Origin: Opitutales bacterium
Lineage (GTDB): Bacteria; Verrucomicrobiota; Verrucomicrobiia; Opitutales; PNEW01
DNA length: 64,000 nt
Assembly: GCA_965197745.1 (NCBI GenBank)
Contig: CBDANS010000005.1
Location: forward strand, 256,001 to 320,000
Direction: 5' to 3'
The notes beneath the pieces were generated by a model. That model was not told the DNA's origin, did not search any database, and was given only the letters and a program-made list of their open reading frames with translations. The position numbers and the translations under genes were made by a program. Of this stretch, positions 53,433 to 61,750 are shown piece after piece. How positions within the stretch are numbered: position 1 is the stretch's first letter; the number at the start of each line of letters is the position of its first letter.

Positions 53433-53495
53433 ATTATACAGTCAGGGTTGATTTACTAAGAATCAATTCCCGACTAGGGTTGGCTCAATTCGGTC

Positions 53496-53538
53496 ACAGC
53501 ACACTTCTCTATGTATTATAAGGTGTGCTGTTTTTTTT
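53496..53538 (+). terminator. Intrinsic terminator after the receptor gene
   Basis: 9-bp stem ACAGCACAC/GTGTGCTGT followed by a T run. Confidence 0.7.
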
Positions 53539-53609
53539 CATATCTGTATTGCGGGATTGTGCCGATAAAAACTTTGCTTGCAGAATTGGCTACCGTGTAT
53601 ATGAATTCT

Positions 53610-53658
53610 AAATGTAAAGCACGCTCATCTGTGTGGTTTACATTTTTTTTACTATAAT
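53610..53658 (+). promoter_or_regulatory. 15-bp imperfect inverted repeat plus TATAAT upstream of the PKS
   Basis: AAATGTAAAGCACGC-tcatct-GTGTGGTTTACATTT (2 mismatches); TATAAT at 53653-53658. Confidence 0.45.
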
Positions 53659-53809
53659 TATTATAGCTGAAAAGAGCGGCGGGCAAGGGATCCACAATTA
53701 TTGCTTAAGATGTTGATATTCAATTGGAAAATAAATATCTGCACCAGCAGGAGGCGCCGGGTATAGATAGCCGATTGAGCACGAATTTGAGAAGATAGAA
53801 AATTGATTG

Positions 53810-56800
53810 ATGAGTAAGTATGAGAAAGAACCCATTGCCATAATTGGCATTGGTTGTCGATTTCCCGGGCGCGCTTCGACCCCAAGAGCTTTATGGGAAT
53901 TATTATGCACAGGGAAAGATGCTATTGGGGAAGTGCCATCAGATCGCTGGGATATGAGGCGATTTTACGATGCTGATCCTGATAAGCCCGGTGAAACCTA
54001 TGCTAAGGAGGGGGGATTTCTGAGTGAGAAAATCGACCAGTTTGATCCTTTATTTTTTGGCATTTCTCCCCGCGAAGCTGAAAGTATGGATCCTCAGCAG
54101 CGTTTACTTTTAGAGGTAACCTGGGAAGCACTGGAAGATGCAGGCATCATCGCAGAGGCGCTGGCAGGGACAAATACCGGGGTCTTTATAGGGGGTTTCT
54201 GTTTGGATAATAATCTACTCAAACTTGGATCGTTAAATCGACAATTGATAGATTCACATACCGGAACAAGTTCCACAATGACAATCCTTTCGAATCGGAT
54301 CTCTTATACCTTTGATCTTAAAGGTCCCAGTGTTACAATGGATACGGCCTGTTCCTCCTCTCTGGTAGCCACCCACTACGCATGTCAAAGTATATGGAAT
54401 GATGAATCTGAATTGGCCTTTGCCGGTGGCGTAAATGTCATGTTAAGGCCAGAAAATCCCATAGTAATGAGTAAAGGCAGGTTTTTATTATCCACCCATT
54501 CTCGCTGCATGGCATTCGACGAGCGGGCTGAAGGTTATGCCAGAGGAGAAGGCGCAGGTATCATCATGCTTAAACCCTTATCGCATGCCCTGAGAGATAA
54601 AGATCCAGTATATGCTCTCATTCGCATGTCGGGTGTTAATCAGGATGGGCAAACATCGGGGATTTCCTTACCGAATGCCACATCGCAGGAAAATTTGATT
54701 AAAGATGTCTATCGACGGGCTGACATTTTACCCAGCGAAATACAGTATGTGGAAGCTCATGGGACTGGAACTCAGGCGGGAGATATTGCTGAAATGAAAG
54801 CTTTGCAGGCAGTTCTTTCGGAGGGACGGTCGTCTGATAATAAATGTCTGGTGGGTTCTGTGAAAACTAATATTGGTCATTTAGAAGCCGCAGCGGGTAT
54901 TGCAGGTCTGATCAAAGCTGCATTGACACTTAAACATAAAGCAGTTCCTCCCCACCTTTATTTCGAGAAACCAAACCCCAAGATTCCTTTTGGTGAAATT
55001 TGTCTACGCGTTCCCACCCAACTTGAATCCTGGCCGTCAAGTAATGGTACCGCTTACGCCGCGGTCAATTCATTTGGCTATGGGGGAACGAATGCTCATG
55101 TCCTTCTCCAGGAACCTTCGAGTGAAGAGAAATCTAAACACAACTCGGATAATGGTCTCAATAAGCCGCTTTTAGTACCTTTGTCTGCGCGTAGTGAAAA
55201 TGCCTTAAAGGATCTTGCCGGGAAATGTGCATTTTACCTGTCGGCACACGCTACTGAATCTTCAATCGCTGATATTGCTTATACCGCCAGTCAGCGGCGA
55301 AGCCATCACTCTCAACGGCTGTCGATCTTAACCGATAGCTGGGAAGAGCTACATGAAAAATTGCTCTCCTTTTCGATGGGTGATTTAAGCGAGGGTGTAT
55401 CAACAGGACGAGCGTTACACGGGGATGACCAGAAACTGGTGTTTGTTTTTTCCGGTATGGGGCCCCAGTGGTGGGCAATGGGGAGAGAATTGATGGAGAG
55501 AGAACCGGTGTTTTCAAATGCCATAGATGAGTGTGATTCTGTGTTTCAAAAATATGCTGGATGGTCGATAAAAGAAAATTTAAGTGCAGATGAACAATCA
55601 TCGCGCATCGGAGAAACGCAGATAGCGTAACCGCTAAATTTTACAATCCAGGTCGCGTTGACTGCGCTATGGGAATCATGGGGTATAAAACCCCACGCAG
55701 TGATAGGCCACAGCGTAGGTGAAGTTAGCGCCGCATTCATTTCGGGCGCCCTAACGCTCGAAGATGCGATCAAAGTAAGTTATCACCGCAGTCGACTGCA
55801 GCAATCTCTCACTGGTGGGGGTTCCATGCTTGCGGTGGGATTATCTGAAAATGAAATTTCCGAGGTAATTGATTCCTATGAACAGGTCTCGATTGCGGCC
55901 ATTAACAGCCCAACGGCAATTACCCTTACAGGTATGACGGATGAATTAAAAAGAATTGCTTTTTCGCTTGAGGGAAAAAATATATTCAATCGTTTTCTCA
56001 AGGTAGATGTAGCTTATCATAGTTACCAGATGGAGGCTATTAAGGATGAATTGCGGGATTGCCTTGGGGAAATTAAATTCTGTGAAAATCACCTGCCCTT
56101 ATACTCGACAGTTGAAGGTGCATATATCGCGGCGAGTGAGTGGGATTCAGATTATTGGTGGAAGAATGTACGTTACCCCGTTAAGTTCGCTCCAGCGCTG
56201 AATGCGATGATCAAAGATGGGTATAGGAATTTTCTGGAGATTGGTGCTCATCCCGTGCTCGGAACTTTCATCAAGGAATGCATCCTGGAAAATGATAGTC
56301 AGAGCAATGTCATACCCTCTCTTCATCGTAATACCCCTGAATTATTCCAAATGTTAGATTCGCTGGGGCATTTATATACGCTGGGATTTTCTGTCGACTG
56401 GCAGAAGATATTGCCTGAAACGGGGCGTTTCATTTCGCTGCCCACTTATCCCTGGCAAAGAGAGCGGTATTGGAAAGAGTCGAATAAGTCGAAAGAAGAC
56501 CGGTTGGGCCAGCCAGGACATATTTTTTTAAACATCGATCTCGGATCACCTGAGCCGATTTGGGAAGTAGAGATAAATGAACATTTCTTCCCTTATCTTA
56601 AACACCACCGTGTTGAAAACAAAGTGGTATTTCCGGGTGCCGCCTATGTTGAAGCGGGACTGGCGATTCATGAGAAACTCTTCGATAAACAATCGGCTAT
56701 TTTAGAAGACATAGAATTCAATTCCATGTTGGTGGCTGAAGAGAAAAAGATACAGAAACTCTGTTTTAATCATCATCCTCAAACAAAGACTTACTCCGTT

Positions 56801-59800
56801 CACAGTCGCCTCAATGAAGACGGTGCAGATTGGAAATTGCATGCTACAGGCAAGATCTTATCAGGGCAAAGTGAAGATGAGAAACCTGCTATTAGTTTGA
56901 AGAAGATTCAAAGTCTTTGTCGGGAAGAAATGAGCAACGAGGATTTTTATGATATGCTTGAAAAGAGAGGGCTTAGTTATGGAGATTATTTCCGCAGAGT
57001 GAAACAAATATGGAAAGGCTCTGACGATTTCCTCATAAAAACAGAATCCCATCAGGACTTATCAGAAAATAACGATAACTATCTACTCCATCCCACAATA
57101 CTTGATGCCTCTTTCCAAACGATGTTGATCATGATCGGAGGTAAAAGTCCATTTGTCCCCGTATCTATTGAGCGATTAAAATTTTATCAAACTCCCGGTC
57201 GAAGGTTCTGGTCCCATGGAACTATTACCCGTCGCACTAACAATATTTTAGAAGCGGATATTAACTTTTTAGACGATGAGGGTAATATCCTTGTAGAGAT
57301 CGAGAAAGTTAAATGTCAGGCTATTTCTGCGGAGCGTAATGAGATGAGGAGGCACCAGTATTATGCAATTAATTGGGTGCAAGAAGCTGAAATGATTGAT
57401 CCTGCCCCAATAAATAATAAGAGGTGGCTTATCTTTGGCGATCGAGGAGAAATCGAAAATTCACTCCTCAACCATTTCGATTCTCAGGAGATATTTTACA
57501 CCCTGATTACAAGAGGGCGGGAATATCGGAAAATAAAAAACAATCATTACGTCATACGAGAAAATATGGCGACAGACCGAAAACAGCTTATTGCCGATTT
57601 AGGTGAAGAACAATATGATATAATTCTATATCTTTGGGGCATGGGTGAAAGTGTTGTCGATAATGATTTACATTTTAACAAAGTTATTGGCCAATGCATG
57701 CCATTAATAAATTTAGTAGAAGCATTAACGCAGGGGAATGCTGATCAAGAGGTAATATTAGGAATCGTAACGCGTGATTCACAATGTGTAATTAAGGGCG
57801 ATTCTGGAACTGGTTTATATGCAGCGCCTCTCTGGAGCTTAGGACAATTAATAGAAAATGAAGTGCCGATTATAAAATCCAAGCTTATTGATTTTGATAA
57901 GGCATATGAAGTTAGCGATGTTGATTTACTCGTGGCAGAGATAATTTCCAAGACACAAGATCGAAATGTCGCCTATCGTTTGGGTAAGAGATTCGTCCAA
58001 AAGCTGAATCACGCTGATATAGATAATTATCCTCAAAATAAAGAGACGAAAATTATCTCAACTCAATATCCCGTTTCCCTTTCATTAAAAGTTCCAGGTC
58101 AAATAGACAGCCTCGCATTCGAAGAATGTTCACGTCTGGCCCCTTCAACGGGCGAAGTGGAAATTCAGGTAGAAGCAACAGCTCTAAATTTCAAGGACCT
58201 CTTAAAAATATATGGACATATAAACGCTAAAGCAATCGAAGGCACTTTTTTTGGTGAAACTTTAGGTATGGAAATTGCAGGAAAAATTGTGAGTGTGGGT
58301 GAGGGTGTTGATAATTTTAAAGTGGGAGATGAAGTTGTAACCCCCATCTCTGGTAGTTTTCGCTCTTATGCAACGGTCTCAGACACTTACCTCATGCCTC
58401 TACCAGAAAAATTAAGAAAGGAAGAAGCGCTGAATTATATAGGGTATTTTGCCGCTTATTACGGGCTTATCGATATAGCACAATTGAAAAAGGGAGAAAA
58501 AGTTTTGATTCATAGTGCAACAGGCGGTCTGGGTTTGGCAGCGGTACAAATTGCACAATGGGTTGGCGCGGAAATATTTGCCACTGCCGGGAATGATGAG
58601 AAACGAAAATATTTAAAGGATTTAGGGATAAATAATGTGATAGATTCACGTTCCCTCGACTTCACTGAGAAAATAAGAAAAATTACCGAGAACAAGGGTG
58701 TTGACGTTATTCTTAACGCATTGTCTGGAGATAGCTTTTATCAAAGTTTTTCCCTTCTTGCTCCCTATGGTAGATTTATAGAGGTCGGGAAAAAGGACAT
58801 TGCCGACAATAATGCATTACTTCTTAGCGCCTTTAATCGTAATCTTACCTTTGCTTCAGTAGATGTAGACCGCATGCTTAAAGAGCGGCCGGAAATAATC
58901 ACAAGGCTTTCGAAGGACATAAATCGAGGTTTTGAAGAAGGTTATTTTTGGGCATTACCAACCAAAATATTTCCCGCTTCTGAAGTGGTTGAAGCATTCC
59001 GGTATATGTCGCAGAGCAAGCATATCGGTAAGATTGTCGTAACCATGCAAGACCAGGAAGTCCCCGCCTTAACGATAGCTCATAAAAGAGAAATTCTTCG
59101 AAAAGACGGGACTTATTTGGTCACCGGCGGAACTCGTGGATTCGGACTGGAAGTGGCTAAATGGCTCTCGAAGAAAGGCGTGGATCAACTAGCTCTTATT
59201 AGTCGTAGCGGTGCAGTAACGGAAGAAGCTAAAGCAGCTATTACTGAAATAGAGATGGAGGGGACTTCGGTGAAAGTAGCTGATGTTGATATCACCGAAG
59301 GGTTGCAGGTAAAACAACTCTTCGAAGATATTAATTCAGGAATGCCCCCCTTACGGGGCATTTTCCATAGCGCGATGGTGCTCGATGATGGGTATTTAAA
59401 GGATCTTGATGAGCATCGCCTTCGCAAGGTTATGGCCCCTAAAGTAGCCGGTATTTTAAATCTACACGAGAACACAAAAAAATTAAATTTGGATTACTTT
59501 GTGTCCTTCTCTTCAGTTTCCTCGCTCATTGGTAATACCGGTCAGGGAAATTATGTCGCAGCTAATGCTTTTCTCGATGCTTTCGCACACTACCGTCGAG
59601 CCAGAAACTTACCTGCTTTAACTATAAATTGGGGGGTTATGGAGGAGACTGGGGTCGTTGCTCGTAACGCTGATATTGCAAGACATTTAAAAAATATTGG
59701 AATCCGCGGAATTTCTACGGACCAGGCTTTAGAGGCGCTCGAAAAATTGCTTGATGAAAATCCGATTCAAATGGGGGTTTTCAACATAGATTGGGAACAG

Positions 59801-60208
59801 TGGGCAATGGCTTATCCTCACGGTGCGGACTCCTCTCGTTATAGTGCATTGATAGAAAGTGATCTTGCCGGTTATAATTCTCAAAAAACTGAGAAATATA
59901 AATGTATGGTGGAGGAACTTTCCAATCTTGGTAGTGGTGAAAGGCAAAAACGCTTTGAAACACTTATTTCTGAGCAGTTGGTGACTGTTATGCATATCCC
60001 CGCCGATAAAATTGATCATCATCAAAGTTTCAAAAACCTGGGCATAGATTCACTAATGACGCTAGAAATAAGACTGGCTTTTAAATCGAACCTTGGAATT
60101 GAGATCTCCTCAGTTGATCTATTAACCGAATCTTCAATCTCACAACTGGCAACTCAGTTGCTGGATAAAATAGTTGCCATACCGGTAATGGATGAGGCGC
60201 TTATTTGA
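53810..60208 (+). pseudogene. Single-module highly reducing type I PKS (KS-AT-DH-ER-KR-ACP, no TE), interrupted by in-frame TAA at 55628-55630
   Basis: KS DTACSS/HGTGT/GHLE; AT GHSVG and VAYHS; DH HRVENKVVFP and HPTILD; ER LIHSATGGLG; KR TGGTRGFG, LDD and GNYVAAN; ACP LGIDSL. Both ORF pieces share a frame across ETQIA*PLNFTIQVAL. Confidence 0.88.
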
Positions 60209-60343
60209 TTTGTGAACGCTGAACCATGTGATTCAAAAAAGCATGCATCTTTAATCTCTTATAATCGAATGAAACCTTACAGACCTATACTTGTGCTTGA
60301 TGAAATTAAAACCGTGTATCTCATTTCAGCCTTTTATAATATA

Positions 60344-61747
60344 GTGGAAACAACTCTTTCTGGAATTGACAGTATAGTCGTTTTTCAAAACAGCCAGGGA
60401 CTAGCCAGTCGTGGCACATTAGTCCACATTACTCGAACTAAAGTCGTATTTGAAGTCTACAATCCTTATTCAATCGTCCAATTAAGCGAAGTCCTCGGAG
60501 GAGTAAAAGTGCTTCGAGGAGAAAGAACAATTTATAATGGTAAAGCTGTCGTTAATAACATCGTACCCACAGGATTAATGGTGATTATATCTGCCTCATT
60601 AATAGATGCCTGGTCTGACCTCTCTGGATTGCGAACGGGGGAAGGCCTAAAAGAGGAAACCCAACGCTTTGTTAATGATTGGGAGGATTCACACGTGCTG
60701 AGGCCTTCTTATCAACTGATTGTTGGGACAATTAGAAATTTTCTCGAAGAACTGAGTTTATGGCTTGATGAGGCAGAGACCGGGTTACTCGAAATGGGAG
60801 ATACCGATAGCTCTGATTCACAGAGACAGGAGTTTTACGAGGAAGTCGAAAATCCTCTCAGGCCGATTATTGCATCATTATATGAAAAATTTGAAGAGGA
60901 GGCTATGCGCGTTCCCTATGAAGATGTAATGACACATAAATCGTTCGCGCGAAGAGAACTGCACCCCTTAACCATGTGTTCCCCCTTTGTTCATCGCACC
61001 TACACTAAACCACTGGGCTATGCTGGAGATTATGAAATGGTGAATATGATGCTAGGGGAATCGGAAACCCCCGATCTGAATACCTATGCAAGAATAGTTC
61101 ATGCTTACCATATTCATGCGTCAGCACCGGAGGCTCATCGCAATCGAATAAAAATGCTGGAGAATCGCCTGAAAGCTGAAGCGATTAGAGTAAACGAAGA
61201 AGGACGCCCCTTTACCGTGCTTAATGTCGCTTGTGGTCCAGCGGTGGAACTTCAGAGATTTATTCGGAATGAAGAAATTTCCAACCACGCTGTATTTCAT
61301 TTACTGGATTTCAACAGAGAAACGATCGATTATGTGGAAGAAAAAATATCAGGAGTCATTCGTGAAAGCTCTCATAAGCCGATGGTTAAATTCATACATA
61401 AGTCGATCGATACTCTGCTCAAAGAAGTGTATGAAAAAGAAAATGGTAATTCGCCCACCTATGATTTGGTTTATTGTGCCGGCCTTTTTGACTATTTTAC
61501 TGATCAGACCTGTAAGCAGCTGGTCCCCTTATTTTTTGATTGGGTCAGAGTTGGAGGGCTTTTGACCGTTACTAATGTTCATCCTGATAATCCGGACCGC
61601 CATCAAATGGAACATTTACTTGAGTGGCATCTTAATTACCGCGATGAATATGAGATGAAGGCCCTTGCTCCAGCAAATACTAATGGTAATGTGATTACGG
61701 ATGATACTAAGATAAATGTTTTTCTTGATGTTCGTAAAATGGAATAA
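60344..61747 (+). CDS. phcB: PhcB-like SAM-dependent methyltransferase (fatty acid methyl ester signal synthase family)
   Basis: FQNSQG..RGT...EVYNPYSIVQLSEVL N-domain, SPFVHRTYTKPLGYAGDYEMVN, SAM motif VLNVACGP and YDLVYCAGLFDY, recognised from memory as Ralstonia PhcB-like. GTG at 60344 is preferred over 60212. Confidence 0.82.
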   Translation: METTLSGIDSIVVFQNSQGLASRGTLVHITRTKVVFEVYNPYSIVQLSEVLGGVKVLRGERTIYNGKAVVNNIVPTGLMVIISASLIDAWSDLSGLRTGEGLKEETQRFVNDWEDSHVLRPSYQLIVGTIRNFLEELSLWLDEAETGLLEMGDTDSSDSQRQEFYEEVENPLRPIIASLYEKFEEEAMRVPYEDVMTHKSFARRELHPLTMCSPFVHRTYTKPLGYAGDYEMVNMMLGESETPDLNTYARIVHAYHIHASAPEAHRNRIKMLENRLKAEAIRVNEEGRPFTVLNVACGPAVELQRFIRNEEISNHAVFHLLDFNRETIDYVEEKISGVIRESSHKPMVKFIHKSIDTLLKEVYEKENGNSPTYDLVYCAGLFDYFTDQTCKQLVPLFFDWVRVGGLLTVTNVHPDNPDRHQMEHLLEWHLNYRDEYEMKALAPANTNGNVITDDTKINVFLDVRKME

Positions 61748-61750
61748 ACC

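Noticed and set aside
53440..53475. Hairpin GTCAGGGTTGATT/AATCAATTCCCGAC as a riboswitch or ncRNA
   Set aside because: It is imperfect, lies in the receptor 3' UTR before the terminator, and matches no aptamer I recognise.
74..55630. Genome-wide reassignment of TAA to Gln
   Set aside because: Many intact core genes (rpmI, rplT, pheT, gatC, gatB) end in TAA at their normal C-termini, so TAA is a working stop codon here.
60212..60343. N-terminal extension of the PhcB-like ORF
   Set aside because: PhcB-like sequence begins near the GTG at 60344. The upstream part looks like AT-rich intergenic DNA.
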